Of a DNA stretch of 64,000 nucleotides, positions 14,309 through 27,585 are shown one piece after another (within the stretch, counting starts at the first letter, position 1; each line of letters opens with the position of its first letter). A program made the translations under genes and the position numbers. Below the pieces are notes generated by a model. That model had not been told where the DNA came from. It searched no databases and saw only the letters and a program-made list of their open reading frames with translations. This DNA comes from Cirrosporium novae-zelandiae. Its lineage: Eukaryota. The stretch spans positions 186,001 to 250,000 of the forward strand of contig JAPETS010000021.1 in the NCBI GenBank assembly GCA_026023565.1. Direction: 5' to 3'.

Positions 14309-15096
14309 TGTGATATATGGATGATTAAGTTAGAAGTTACTGATCGAAAATTATGCGCTCACAAAATCAGATCGAGAATATTTGAACTTATCTCATTCAT
14401 CCAATAGAGCTCTAAGCCATGGTGTTGACCTGCAGAGTCCAGAGGCGATTGCCAAGGAAATTTGTCACGTGATAAGCATTAGTGAGATCGGAAATCGCGA
14501 AACCTCTTCTTCCCCTTGTGCCTTCTCGCAAAGTAATCTTTAGTAGACTATATCCCTCGACACATCACTCATGATTCATTGCTTGACCGGTTGCTTCTTT
14601 TTTATGAGGTCTAGTGTGGTATCTTTCCTTACGTCGCAAAAACACAACACATCGAGTCTCTTCACTTCATCCGAAACGTTCTCTAGAACCCCTCCTATTC
14701 ATATCTAAGAGCACACGACCGGTACCTTACTGGGAAAATCAATGAGGGTTACTGGCTGTGAGTTTTTATGTCATTTTAATAGTTGATTGTCGTCACCTCA
14801 AATATGCACTGTCTTCTATGGGCCTGTCCAGTTCCCCATCAGCATAATTGGGCGTCTATCTGTTCCGATACGTACTAACTAATTCTCCAGAAGGTCACTC
14901 CATCTTCCTGATAACCAGATCATTCACAAGCTAGGCGTTTGAAATAGGACTGCGCTAAACGAGCAATTCAACGGCAAATGCACACAGATTATGCGCAGTG
15001 ATCCACCGTTACAAAAAATAGAACCGAAAATCTTAGCGACTACCCACACAAATAATTCTACAGACTTCCTTTGTCTGGATTGAAATATCATCACCG

Positions 15097-17371
15097 ATGA
15101 CTGCAGTCGCTTCTCCTACAGGGTTCCCATCACTACCTCGTCTAGGATGGAATAATGGGAGTTCAAGCCAAGGAGGGCTAAATTCTATGGGTTCAGACGA
15201 CGTCTCGCGGATGTTCATGCATAGGAAAAGTGTGCCACGATCCAACTCGTCGAGCTCGCTTTCATCTTCGACTTCGAATTCTACCGTGTCTATGCCTCCT
15301 CGACCAAGCGAGGTGTCAAATGCGAATGCAGACGGCACTTTTGCGTCGAGAAAAAAGACTACCAGGGGAATTTGGCCAGCTTCGAAGGCTGAGGCTGTAG
15401 CCGGCATTACGAATGCTCGCACCCAGCCAGTTGCTTCTCCATCTACAGGATCTGCAAGTTCCGCAATGTCTGCAATCCATCAATCACCAGCGCCACTACC
15501 ATCACAACACCTACAATCACAACAACTGAATGGCGTAAGAGTCAATGGGCAAGTTCAAAATGAATCACAGGCTATCTTAGTGTTATTGCCTATGAATGGC
15601 ACATTTGAACGAAAACATATTACTGTTCCTGTTTTTCCGGAGGTTTTAAAAATAGGAAGGCAAACTAATGCAAAGACTCTTCCAACACCAGTTAATGGCT
15701 ACTTTGATTCCAAGGTGCTCTCGCGACAACATGCCGAGATTTGGTCAGACCAAAGCGGCAAAATTTGGATTCGTGATGTTAAATCATCGAATGGCACCTT
15801 TGTCAATGGTCAACGACTTTCGCCTGAAAGTAAAGACTCGGATCCCCACCAACTACGAGAGCATGACATGCTGGAACTGGGAATTGATATTGTCAGTGAA
15901 GATCAAAAAACGATTGTTCATCATAAAGTATCTGCAAAGGTTGAACGGGCTGGAATATATAGGGATGGGTTGAATTTGATGGACCTTAATTTAGGTTGGT
16001 ATTTCTAATTCCTGTCTTATTATGTTAGGGGATGACTAATCGAGTAAAGGTCCTGGAAGTACAGCATCAGTTGGTTCGAATGCACGACTTTCATCCGCAT
16101 CTGGCTTGACAAATGGTAATATGGGTGCGCAACAGCGTCAAATCAACTTCTGGCTTGCTCCTATGACAGTTGAACAAGTAGTTAAAAGGCTTAGTGTAAG
16201 TAATCTAAACACTTTCAGGATGGTAATCTAACTTGTTATAAAGATGGAGATGAATCAGGCTAAGAAAGAACTCCTTGACCTTGATCGTGCCGAAGAAGTC
16301 TTGACGAAAGGCCAACCTATCGAAAACGAGCCTGAGAAGCCAAAGAATGGGGAAGTTGAAAGAATAGCTCAACATGAATCTAATGGTGCTTCTCTTCCGT
16401 TGAGATTCGATCATAATCCAAAGTTCTCTGAGCCTCCAGTACCGCCGCCACAGTTACCATTGCCCGACACACCAGAGTCTTCAAAATCTAGCCCTTCTGC
16501 CGATATGCTTCCCCATTCAGCCCTTAAACGTAATGAGACAGAAAAGCCGAAGTTACTAAGGACCGTTTCACCTAACAAGAATGAACATTCAAGTCAAATT
16601 CTTACACTTTTGGACGCTTTGCAAACTGCTAGGCGAGAGATTGATTCACAGGGGGTCAAAGTCAAGGAGTTGGAGGACCTGCTCCTACAAGAGCGTGCAG
16701 CTCGGGAGTCCGCTGAGAAGAAGATCCTAATACTGGAGGCTCGGCCAAACAACGAAGAGAAGAGTGAGATGATGTCAATATCTTTAACTGAACCCCTGAC
16801 AAACGGCGTAGATGGGACACACGATGATCAGAAACCTCTTTCAGATCCAGAACCAATTCACAAATCTCCCGAAGAGGTGACCGAGGGAGATGAGACTGAT
16901 GCTTCTGCTGCACTTCTCCAGCAACGTCTCGATCTCATGGTTGCCGAGATGGATGAAATGAAACAACAAATGGAAAGATATAGACATAGAGCTGAAGCTG
17001 CTGAGGAAGAAAGTTCATCCACACGTAACAGCCTTGCGGAAATGGTTGAGAGGATTCAGCAGGAGAATGCTCAAAATGATGCCGCTCACCAGCCTCAGAG
17101 AAATGGTGCATCCGACGTTGGCACAGATACAACTGTAGATCGGGGTCATCTTGATGCCGCTGCAGGGATGGATAATGAGTTACCGCAAGGTACAATCATC
17201 ACGCCAGGTAGCGTGAAAGAGCTGGAACAAGTTGTTTCAATGGCCCTCAGCAATCGCCACCCCACTAACCAGCTCACCCAAGCAGCCCCCTTTGCTTCAA
17301 TGCTAGGAGTAGTGCTTCTGGGCGTTGGACTCATGGCTTATCTCAATAGTTGGCAGAAGCTCGATAGATGA
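15097..17371 (+). CDS. VPS64: FHA-domain, coiled-coil, tail-anchored protein (Vps64/Far9, SLMAP/STRIPAK type); introns about 15995-16049 and 16196-16243
   Basis: FHA motifs IGRQTN, FDSKVLSRQHAE, DVKSSNGTFVNG; coiled coils; C-terminal TM ASMLGVVLLGVGLMAYLNSW. Confidence 0.88.
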
Positions 17372-18219
17372 GTATGACTTTGAACCTTTTTGGTCTTGGT
17401 TCCTGTATCATTCTAATATCCGGCGGTACTGCGGCGTTGCTAATAGGTAGTGGGATTGAAATTATTTATGGCTTGTCTTGGTGGAAAAGAGGTTTTGATG
17501 TGTTATGACCAGCATATGGCTTCTGATGAAGCATTTCTTGATTCATTCTTTTTTTTATTCCTTTGAGTTGGGATACCAAGGGTGTCGGGAGAATTATATC
17601 ATTGCTCTTTAAGTTGAGCATAGCGACATAGTGTCTACTACACTTCTTCATTTTTTTTGCCTTAGTTTTTTCATCTTTTTTTTCGAGTTCTTGGGGTCGT
17701 AAAGGGGAATACTTTCTACGTCTGCTATAGTGATTGAGAGCAGATCTTTTGTATGCTTTGGGAGAAGTCGGTGGGTACTACAAAGGTCCACAAAATGATT
17801 TGAGTACACCTATTGCTAAGAGTAATATACCATGAAAATGTGTAAGAGTTGGTTTTTTTTTTGAATATATTCACAACGTTCTTTCATGGTAGGACATGAG
17901 TAAGATCGCTCGCTCTCTCTCTCCAAATCTCTTTTTTTTTCTAGTTTGGGACCGTATTGAGACATTGATATCTCAATACGTGGCTTTTTATTTTTCTCGT
18001 TACCAGTTAGTATGACCAGTTATCACAGGTTGTTGTATAAAATGAAAATTAATCGAAAGGGACTTCAAAGAACGGTTTGACACACTTGACACGGTAGAAT
18101 CATGATTTATATAACGCTATATAGTCTATGTCATATATCATCCCCCAAAAATAAATCATGTTTCCAAGCTATATTAGCGTTGATCAAAGCGTCGCAGGTT
18201 ATTAGAGGCCAGAGTCATC

Positions 18220-19796
18220 CTAACGAGCAACCTCAATAGCAGTGGCAATGGGCTTCTCAGTTTCAGCATCCTTTGAGTAGCCTTCTTCAAGGGAGGTGTC
18301 GTCGCCCTCGACAATGCCCACATGAGACCCGCGGTAGCCATCGAGATCCTTAGCGCAGAAGAGATTGAGGTATACTGGGAATGACCATGAGACCAAGAAA
18401 GCAGCAAGGGGAACTGCCATTCCAATCTTGACATCGCGGGCATCGGTTACGGCACCGAGGATAGGAGGGAAGACCGCACCACCAGAGACAGAGGCAACAA
18501 GGAAGGAGGCGCCCCTCTTGGTGTGGCGACCAAGGCCACGGAGAGAAAGCGTGAAGATGGTCGGGAAGATGCAGGACTCGAAGAAGAGGACGAGGGACAA
18601 ACATGCGATGCCAGCGCTTCCTTCAAGACCCAGCGTACAGGAAATGAAAACGATGATCATAGTCATGAAAATCCAAAGAATCAGTCGAGGCTTTAGGACT
18701 TTCATGGAAAACCCAGCAACGAAACGGCCAATTGCAAAGAGTCCCTGGGCGACTGCGAGCAAGTCCGAGCCCCTGGAGGAGGAAGTCCCAGGTTTAACCT
18801 TGATGCAATATTTAATAAAGTAGTTTGCGATCGCAACTTGACCTCCGACGTAGCAGAATTGTGCGGCTACACCCCAGAAAAGTCGGTATTGCTTCAACAA
18901 CGGCTTGTCCTCGTATCCAGTTTCATAAAGGGCACCTTGCTCCTCTGAATCATTCATATCCGCATCTGTAATTTCAGGAATCGGGGCGAAGAAAAAAACA
19001 ACAGACAGCAAAAAGACGAAGACAGCAATACCGAGGTAGGTCCATTGAACCGAATCAAGAGACTTTCCTCCTGGGCCACCAACGTTGTTGAAGAATACAC
19101 GAGCAGCAAGAAGAGGTGCGACAACAGTCCCGATGGCCTGGAACGCTTGAGACAGATTCAACCGCATCTCGGAGTATTTAGGAGGACCACACACGGCAAT
19201 ATACGGATTTGCCGAAGTCTCGAGAGTGGAGAGACCAGAACCCACGATGAACATTGCGCCTACAAATCCTCCAAATGAGCGCTTGACAGCCGCTGGCCAG
19301 AACATAAGAGCGCCCACTCCGTAGATGCAGAGACCGATAATGAAAGTCCATCTATAGCCGAACCTTCGGACACACCAGCCGCTGTAGGTAAGGGGTCCGA
19401 GGAAGTAGCTTTTAACAAGTTAGCATTGCATCACTGTATGCGGGTATTAGATGCTTCTTACGCTCCGAAATAAGCGCCAGACAAATCGGCAGCTTGGGTG
19501 TTGGTAACATTGAGAGTCTCTTGGAAATGTTGATTTAAGACATCAAGAAGTCCATAGGCAAATCCCCATAGGAAGCTACACGGATCAGTCAGTTGTTATT
19601 ATTGCGATTAAATCGAGTGCTTCACGTACAAGAGGATCGTAACCAGACAGACAGGAACTATGGACTGTCGGGTGGTAATTCCAGAAGCCCCAGTTATCTC
19701 GTTGTCGTTGACAACTTTCACCTTGCGATCGTTGGCTATAACATCATGCGCTGAGGGATGCCGATCTTCCACAGCACTGAACTTTCGATCGGCCAT
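18220..19796 (-). CDS. MFS transporter, L-fucose permease/glucose-galactose (FHS) family; two 5' introns
   Basis: FLWGFAYGLLDVLN, LETSANPYIAVCGP, QFCYVGGQV, FESCIFPTIFTLSLRGLGRHTKRG. Confidence 0.9.
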
Positions 19797-20816
19797 GGTA
19801 GGAGGCTTGTAGACAATGAAGAAAGCGGAAAGTTGAAGCCGGGCGGGTAGAGAGAAGGATGAGAGAATGGCTCGGAATTCCCAGGCTGTCGACTTTATCT
19901 GGTAAGCTGGGGAAGAGCCGATTATTTATATGCTCGAGGCAAACGCAAATATGAGATATGGATTCATTCTCAGCGCCGAGGACAGAACGAACAGGTTCAA
20001 GCAAGGAAACAGAACTAAGACCGACGACAAATCCTGCTGAAAGATGAGATGTGGAAAACTAGGTGGACTAGAGTAGGCATTGACGATTTGAGATGGGCTT
20101 ACAGACCTCAGACCATGACAGAATAGTTGATATATCCGAAGTAGCTATCAGAGGCAATAGGACCTATTGGTCAAAGTAATTCGGTCGATCTTCGGTTTCA
20201 GGAGAGCGGTTTATCCCCACGGGAAGTTTAGAATATGGGGAACGTGCGGAGGAGGAAAGGAGGGGAAGGAAAGGACGCCAAGAAAAACCCAAGACATCCA
20301 CCAAGTTCTCCGGACAAGAGGAAATAGATAATTAAAAACGTAATAGAGAGGAAGGAGATACGAAATGGTCTGGAAGTTTTTGAAAACCTTTGAAAAATCT
20401 CATTTTCATTCTTCCCGCTGTGTAAACAAGTATTGCGTAGTAAATACTTTTAAATGTTAAAAGTAGGTCCGTAAAAGTGCCGAAGAGATGAATGCTTTAA
20501 AGTTTTTTGGGGTGGTTGTTAAATTTCTCCGCATTCAAATCCATCCTGTGATAGACTAAGTTGTGATGGTTATAGATGAGGTTTTGTTGTACTGTGTAGA
20601 TTTTACTAAAGTACCCTTCTAGTGTCTTTCTAGAAGACAGTGAAGGCATTACCGCTACCACATCCAGTAATTGGTACCTCAATATCTCAACAACATGCCC
20701 ATCAAACCTTAACCTACCCTACCATAGCTACTCGAATATGCTTCAAAAAAAAAGCACATCTCATCCAGCCCTCAATTCGCCCTCGCTAGTCGCTCCTGTG
20801 ACTTCAATCAGCTCCG

Positions 20817-21578
20817 ATGAAAACTACCCTTCTGGATGCAATAGGCAAAACTTCAAGCCGCCTCGGTCATCTTTCTATTCCTAGAACAATCTCCTATGCT
20901 CATGCATCTCGCCTCCAAAATATTCTGGCTGACCGTCTTCTCTCCTCCAAGTCACATCCTTCTTCCAAGCCTTTTCCTGATCCTGTAATCCTAACTGCTC
21001 AATTTCACCCCACATATACTTGTGGTAGACGTGAGGTTTCCCATGTCTCTAAGTCACATGTTGAATATCTTCGCGCCGATGGTCGTGCTGAATTTTTCGA
21101 ATGCCTACGTGGTGGCCAAACCACATATCATGGACCTGGTCAGATGACTTCGTATCCAATATTGGACTTGAAACGATTCAAATTATCTCCAAGGTGTTAT
21201 ATTCACCTACTCGAAGAAGCTGTAATCCGAACTATCGCAGGATACGGGCTTAGGGGAGTGCGAACAGAGAACCCAGGTGTATGGATGCCTGGTGGTGAGA
21301 AGAAAATATGTGCTGTAGGCGTCAGGTTGAGAAGGAACGTGAGCAGCCATGGTATCGGCCTGAACGTAAAAAAGGAGGTGATGTGGGGATTTAATAGGAT
21401 TGTGGCTTGTGGGTTGGAGGGAAAGGAAGCTACGAGTTTGGAAGGTGAAGGAGTAAATGGAGTAAATGTGGAAGAAGTCGGGAATATGTTCGTGGGTGAA
21501 ATGAAGAAGCTCTTGGGAGTAGAAGAGACTTATAGGCTACAAGAGCAGGCTGTTCTAGCGCTCCAGGCAGAGTCATGA
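20817..21578 (+). CDS. LIP2: Lipoyl(octanoyl) transferase (LipB)
   Basis: HPTYTCGRR, RGGQTTYHGPGQ, KKICAVGV, SSHGIGLNV, IVACGL motifs. Confidence 0.92.
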   Translation: MKTTLLDAIGKTSSRLGHLSIPRTISYAHASRLQNILADRLLSSKSHPSSKPFPDPVILTAQFHPTYTCGRREVSHVSKSHVEYLRADGRAEFFECLRGGQTTYHGPGQMTSYPILDLKRFKLSPRCYIHLLEEAVIRTIAGYGLRGVRTENPGVWMPGGEKKICAVGVRLRRNVSSHGIGLNVKKEVMWGFNRIVACGLEGKEATSLEGEGVNGVNVEEVGNMFVGEMKKLLGVEETYRLQEQAVLALQAES

Positions 21579-22131
21579 CCTTTGACGAAAAATAACTACC
21601 CAAAGATATACAGCGTTTCTTAACTGTTCAGTAAATTCTTGTAAGCTAGTGCTTGTACCGCAAATTTTCCGTTTACTCAATACCTTTTATAACACTAACC
21701 TATTCGCAGATAATATTCGTCAAGGTAATAATAAGCAACAAGAGGGGAAATTATTGAAGTCAATACACTGGGAAATGCATTCAAAAGGGGTTGAGCCGGA
21801 ATGTGATTAAAAGCAAAAGCTGCCAGATTTATTTATGAGAGAAAATGTATAGAAACTATGATACGGGTCCCAGGGTTCATGGAAAGGGAAACCCCCAATG
21901 TAAAACTGATAGCTATACAAATTTATAGGAAGGATGGTTCCCGCGAATGCTCTATTTCGTGAAACAAGGGGATCCCAAAGTCTGGTCATTTAAAATAGAA
22001 TATCTATGCATTGATTGTAAAACGAGGTAGAAATTTTGACAGAATCTCTATTCCCAGTTTTAGGAAACTTTCTGATACTGCTTTACATCATCCCAACAAA
22101 GACAAGTCCTTTCAAGTATAGCTTAGTCCCT

Positions 22132-22683
22132 TTAGTGTTTATCTGCAGGCTTTACTGCCTTCGCATTAGGATTTCGAGGGTCGTTCTTGAATTCATCGCC
22201 TGCGAATATTGACAATTAGCTCGAGGAGTACAATGGTACGGCATACCTGGGATGACTCCCAGTAACTAGAAGAGGGAATAGAACCAGGTATGCATGTGGC
22301 ACAAATGCATATATAAATATCATAGCTGAATAAAAAGGATACGTACTGTTCATCATGACATTTGCGAACGAATTAACACCGTAGAAGACAATTACTCCTG
22401 CACACTCTTAGTATCTTGTGATTACAGGGAAATAGTAACTCGAAAAGGCAAGCCTGGATGCGAATAGGACTAAAAAATCAACCGGGAAAGAGATTCTAAA
22501 GACTATAGTTCAGTGAAAGGAATGTCGAGACCATACCAGCGATCATGAAGGGAGCCATCGGCTTCACTATGCAATAGTTAGTCAATCCATCTTTCCGGAA
22601 AGTTTCACTGGTCCAAAGAATGGAACAGCGCAGGAATTGTACGTACAGACGGGAGTCGCGAACTTCTTGGGTAATAGAGACAT
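22132..22683 (-). CDS. ATP18: Mitochondrial ATP synthase subunit J/i, 4 exons, not in ORF track
   Basis: Spliced MSLLPKKFATPVLKPMAPFMIAGVIVFYGVNSFANVMMNSDEFKNDPRNPNAKAVKPADKH*. Confidence 0.9.
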
Positions 22684-22984
22684 TTTGACGACTGAGTTGA
22701 GATGTATAGGCACTTGAGGTTATGAGTGTCCAGGAGAGAACTTCAATGGAGGTTGTTGAAGTGGGAAAGTAGATGGTGGATTAGCCGGGATGGGGACTTC
22801 CAAAGCTTCGCGGGTTTGCGGTATTGTTAATGTAGGAGAAATCCAAGGCTGCTTTAAGGATACTAGATCAACTTAAAGCTTGCGTACTGATTACTGCATT
22901 ACACTGTTTTATGTCCACAATAAAGCATTTTGATACTTCTTGACGTCAACCTGAGTTCTTTGGTAATACATAACTAATGCCTCC

Positions 22985-23542
22985 ATGGCTAGCTCTCTTG
23001 GATCCTCCGTATCGTCGCTCCAGTCGTCGCTTTCATTACTCGAATCTACTATATCAATACTTGATTCTGGCGTTTCTGACTTTCCTCGTTTGGGAAAGGT
23101 TCTTCAAACTACACGTGTGGGTTCTTTTGACGAGGAACGTAATGTTTTCTTCCTAACTTGTATTTTCTAGCATTTCGAACTTCTACCAGAATCTCAACTA
23201 GCAGCCGCCCAGAGTGCCCTTCTTTCTGAACTCACACCTGCAATAGCCTCCTTGCTAGTTACCGTTTCCAACTATCTTGACAAGCTTGAACGTCGCGAAC
23301 AGACACTCATAGCAAAGTATCAATTACAAGAAGGCCGACTTTCACAACCAGGACGAGCTGGTCACGCAAATCGAGGTTCGGAACAGAAGAAGGCGACAGC
23401 TAGCAAACCCCATGACCCATACGAAGTTGAGATGAGAAGATTGAGGCAAAAGAAAGAGAGGTTAGAGCTGCAAGTCGAAAGATTGGGGTTACAAGCCGGG
23501 CAGAGGGAAAGGGAGCTCAGGAAGAGTATGGCTTTCCAATAG
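22985..23542 (+). CDS. SPC19: DASH complex subunit Spc19; intron about 23117-23170
   Basis: SLQSSLSLLESTISILDSGVSDFPRLGKVLQTTR|HFELLPE...LDKLERREQTLIAK...QKKERL. Confidence 0.85.
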
Positions 23543-23783
23543 TATATTTGGTCCAAACATATGGCCTTCGGGTCAGCTTAAACGTACCTGTCAGTTCGGA
23601 AAGTTATGGTAGGACCAATCATTCCAATGCGTGGCTGTTAACATGACGCACGTGTGGCTCGTGTATTATCCATGTTACAGTACACCAACATCATTGAAGG
23701 CATATACGCTGAAGAACTTGATCGGCAGGGGTCGACGTCGAAGATTCATGCTGAATGAGTAGCATTTAACACGACCAAGTATT

Positions 23784-24861
23784 TTACTCATCCCTACCCA
23801 TGACGATATCTAAGCTTTTCCTTGAAGTAGCTACATTATGTTCCAATACATTTAATTTTGCCATGACCGCCAACAAACTCGGGTCCTGACTATCCACCTT
23901 CACTTTCTCCTTAACCTTAACTTCGTGTCCCCGAAACGTAAAAATCTCACCAACTTCATCATGATCTGCTTTCCTTGGGCCACCAAGAGCAGCTGAGAGT
24001 CGATCTCGGATAGAGAACCCGGCGAAAGGGTCACCACTTGTAGCAGAAGAATCGGCAGGGCATACTGTACGTAGGTGTAATTCTAAAGCTGCTTCATATA
24101 TCGAGAGATGAAATGAGAGATGCGGGGGAAGCGGGGGATCAAACGTCTAATAAATTAGAAGTAACAATCAGCCACAGAAAAATAACATGAAGCAGAAGAA
24201 ATACTTTTTCATCAGCGCTCGTACTCCACCAATATCCTTGCGATTCGTCTCCTCCCCTTAGAGCTTGCTTAGCTTCACTTAGGTTATCATGAAGTATTTT
24301 AAGCTGCCCGGCAATGAAGTTGGCATCTCGATAATCACCGGTCCAGGTGCTTACATCAACGACATCAAGGGATTGGTTGATTAGATTACGAACGGATATT
24401 AGCTGTGTCAGTACGAGATCGGGAGCCGAAGGTTGGCTTGATAGCTTAAGGTGATACGATGGTTGACCGCGAGGTGGTGGGAGCGAATGGAGTTGAAGAT
24501 GGATATCCTTCCAAAACATGGTCAGACTACAAACTATTATTTTGATCGACAAAACATACACCTTTCACAATCCTAGAGCCAACTCTAGTAATCCAACCCT
24601 TGATACTCTCGGACCTTAGCGATGACAGGACAAGAGTTGAGCCTGGCTCTTCGGGGGCAAGCAGAACCATGCATTCCTCCAACCCGTTTTTGAGCTCTGC
24701 AAGTGAACTCTGAAGCGAATCAAGAAGCCAATCCAGCTCTTTTGCCTAGAAGATTGTTAGATCGGAGATGTTAGCTAGTACCGAAATATACTCACAAGTA
24801 ATTCATCCTCCTTTGCCTTCAGTTCATTTGAAGGCAAAGGGGGGTATACAGAAGTTGACAT
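23784..24861 (-). CDS. RAVE complex subunit 2 / Rogdi-like protein, multi-exon
   Basis: MSTSVYPPL..., ELDWLLDSLQSSL..LKNGLEEC..LLAP..PGSTLVLSS, VVDVSTWTGD, VKEKVKVDSQDPSLLAVMAKL...RKSLDIVMG. Confidence 0.82.
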
Positions 24862-25488
24862 AGTGAAATTTGGAGAACTTTTGGTTGGTTTTAAAGTTGA
24901 TCTGGAAGCTTTCTATCAATCATACATGGGCAGCTGTCGTACTTAGTACAACTAACACATGGCCTAAGCGTCAACCATCTTTATCTTATCATAAGATCAA
25001 TCGAACTACCGAGGAGCTTATGGAAATGACGTTATGACCCTAAAATGTTATTGAGGTAGGTACAAGTATAGTACATGTAACTAATTACATTACGCTGTAC
25101 CACAGTACTATTCCCATAAAACCCAGGAGCTTTGTTTATTGCCTACTTAGACCCCTCTCTTGTGTTCCTCCAAAGAAACAAGCTACCTAGCACATGACGC
25201 ATTCAGCTCAAGCCTTACACAGTACCACAGTAGTGTAGTAATTATTTAATTCCAACCGTCATTGCTGACCTTATTTTTTCCCCATAGAACCTATCGAACG
25301 ATAAGTTAGAATATTACTTTTGCAGAGGTTGGATCCCACGGAATTCAAGGTATGACACTGCATTTTCATCTCTTACTTGAAAATAAACCTGCATATTAAC
25401 CGTGACAAGAAAGGTTATTATTACATACTTGCCAGATAGGTGGTGCATCCCAGATATATTTCTTAACTGAGAGCAGCAATCAATCACC

Positions 25489-26396
25489 ATGACAGCTAGT
25501 AAGCTGAAGAATTTCCTCCTATCTCCAATTATTTGCTAACATGGCATACATCTAGGGCCAGGAGTCGCATTCCTTTCGCTTTTTATTCTCGCTGGTTCAA
25601 TCCTCCTGCTTTTTCTAGTTCTCCTCGCTGGTACCACCAACTCAGATCCTCTTAACCAAATCTACTTCCTACAAGTAGATACTTCCAATATCCCTAACGC
25701 CCCAAGCTTGTCGCGGTGGACCTTCTGGAATATCTGCAATGTTAATACCAAAGGCCGTAGTGTTTGTGGCCCCGTTCATCCAGCATTTCCTCTTGATCCT
25801 CCAAGTTGTCGTAACTTCTGTACTACAACAAATATACCGCATCAATTTATTGGGTAAGCCATCATACCGTGCAATTTTTTGCATGCATGTTTACCTAATA
25901 TATATTTAAGAACCCGACAATATTTTTACTTGACTCGATTCATGTTCGCATTCGTCCTCACTGCCATCTTCTTCGCCGTCTGCGCTCTTTTCGCTGGGCT
26001 TCTTGCTCTGTGCTCTCGAATTGGCAGCTATTTTTCGGGGTTCTTAGCCTCAATCGCGCTGTTCTTCCAAACTATTGCCGCAAGTTTGATGACGTGAGTA
26101 TGGCCCAACATCTAAAATATTTCCCTCAGAAAACTAATCGATCCAGTGCCGCTTATGTCAAAGGCCGGGACAATTTTCATTCTAATGGACAATCTGCTAA
26201 ATTAGGGGTCAAAGCATTTGCGTTCATGTGGACGGCCTTCGCATGCCTGTTTCTCGCCATGATTCTCTTCTGTATTGGCGGTTCTACGAACCGTGCTCCT
26301 TATACCGCGAAAAGAAGCCGGTTCGGTAGGAAGAGAAGCACGAGGTCAAGAGGAAGCTTTATCGAAAATAGAAGATCCAAAAATGAATATTCATGA
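25489..26396 (+). CDS. SUR7/PalI family tetraspan membrane protein, 4 exons
   Basis: TM1 then LNQIYFLQVDTSNIPNAPSLSRWTFWNIC, three more TMs, AKLGVKAFAFMW. Confidence 0.88.
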
Positions 26397-27030
26397 TTAG
26401 AGGGGGTGGTATTGTTGATAAAGCCAGGAATTGAAGACTTCAGCAACCTGGGTTATCTTACTTACGAGATACATACAATCAAGGAAATGAAGTGTGTAGG
26501 ATATGAATGAATATCCTTGAAGCCTATTGGTTTTCGGATAGTTTTAAACAAAAATTTGATGGCTCAAAGAGATACCAAAAGAAAAAAAATTCCTTACTTC
26601 CATGTGGAAACAGTGGGGACACTGTCCCAATATAACTGATTATCAGCCCAGCCCTGCACTTGGCTTTCGCTTGGTAGTGCATTTTCCTAGCTCAAAGAAG
26701 CTGGAAGAACGCCTCAGACTCTGATCGGCAACTTCTTCAGTGCATTAACTCATAGGTTTGATGTGGTCACTTTACTTTTGTAGTCCTATGTGTCAAATGA
26801 GGCACTAGGGTGTAACTACCTAGGTAATCATGTAGTCAGATTAAGTTGGCAGAATAAAAGGCGGTGAAGATGGTAGAACGAACAACATTCAGCTTCTCAA
26901 TTCTCCAACATGTCCAATTTCCACTATTTATTTATGACCAAGCAATAAGCTCCACCGAAAAGCTATCTAAAAACATTCCATTAAGACCCAAGACTTGTCT
27001 ACAGTCGAGACGTAAGAATTAAATTTCACT

Positions 27031-27512
27031 ATGGCTACTCCGTCACGCCCATATCTATCTAACGGTAAAATGCTAGAAAGGTGAGCTAGACAGTCGTGTG
27101 CCTCGACCAGTCTTTTTTCTACTAAAAACTAACCATGGCATATAGCCCTCCGCTTTCTGCAAAAGTACGGCAATTTTTCAGCAGCCTCTACATGTTCCTC
27201 GGTCTTTACATTACTACCCTCCTCTCGGTGAGACCTATCAAAATATCTTTCTGTTATTGAGTAAGCCGGAACCCTTGGCTAACTGTAGCCTAGCTCGATG
27301 CTTACGCCGCGGCTGAAAAATCACCATTCAATATCCGCAATCAATCAACTACCCCCAGACAACCTCGTAGAGGGTGGACTGGTGGGCTCGGGGGAGGCCA
27401 TGGTGGCAGCGGCAGTGGTCCCGGAGATGGAGGTCCTGGGAGTGGTGGCGGAAGCAAGAGAGTAGGGAGGATAGATGATATTAGAGGACCTGAGTGTAAG
27501 AGTTGTCAGTAG
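27031..27512 (+). CDS. Selenoprotein K (SelK/SelG)-like single-pass membrane protein, Cys form ending CKSCQ; exons 27031-27080, 27146-27227, 27294-27512 (116 aa), not in ORF track
   Basis: MATPSRPYLSNGKMLESPPL...FFSSLYMFLGLYITTLLS, Gly-rich linker, KRVGRIDDIRGPECKSCQ*; canonical introns with CTAAC branch points. Confidence 0.8.
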
Positions 27513-27551
27513 TTGTCAGTGAGGTCGCAGGTCTACGTCCAAATAATCGAG

Positions 27552-27585
27552 CCATCAACCCATCAACCCATCAACCCATTAACCC
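27552..27585. repeat. Tandem 8-bp repeat (CCATCAAC)x3-4 just 3' of the SelK-like gene
   Basis: ccatcaac ccatcaac ccatcaac ccattaac. Confidence 0.8.

Noticed and set aside
27501..27522. 10-bp duplication AGTTGTCAGT at the SelK-like stop, second copy followed by GA (possible Sec TGA)
   Set aside because: The in-frame stop is TAG, the TGA is out of frame, no SECIS was recognised, and this lineage is not known to use Sec
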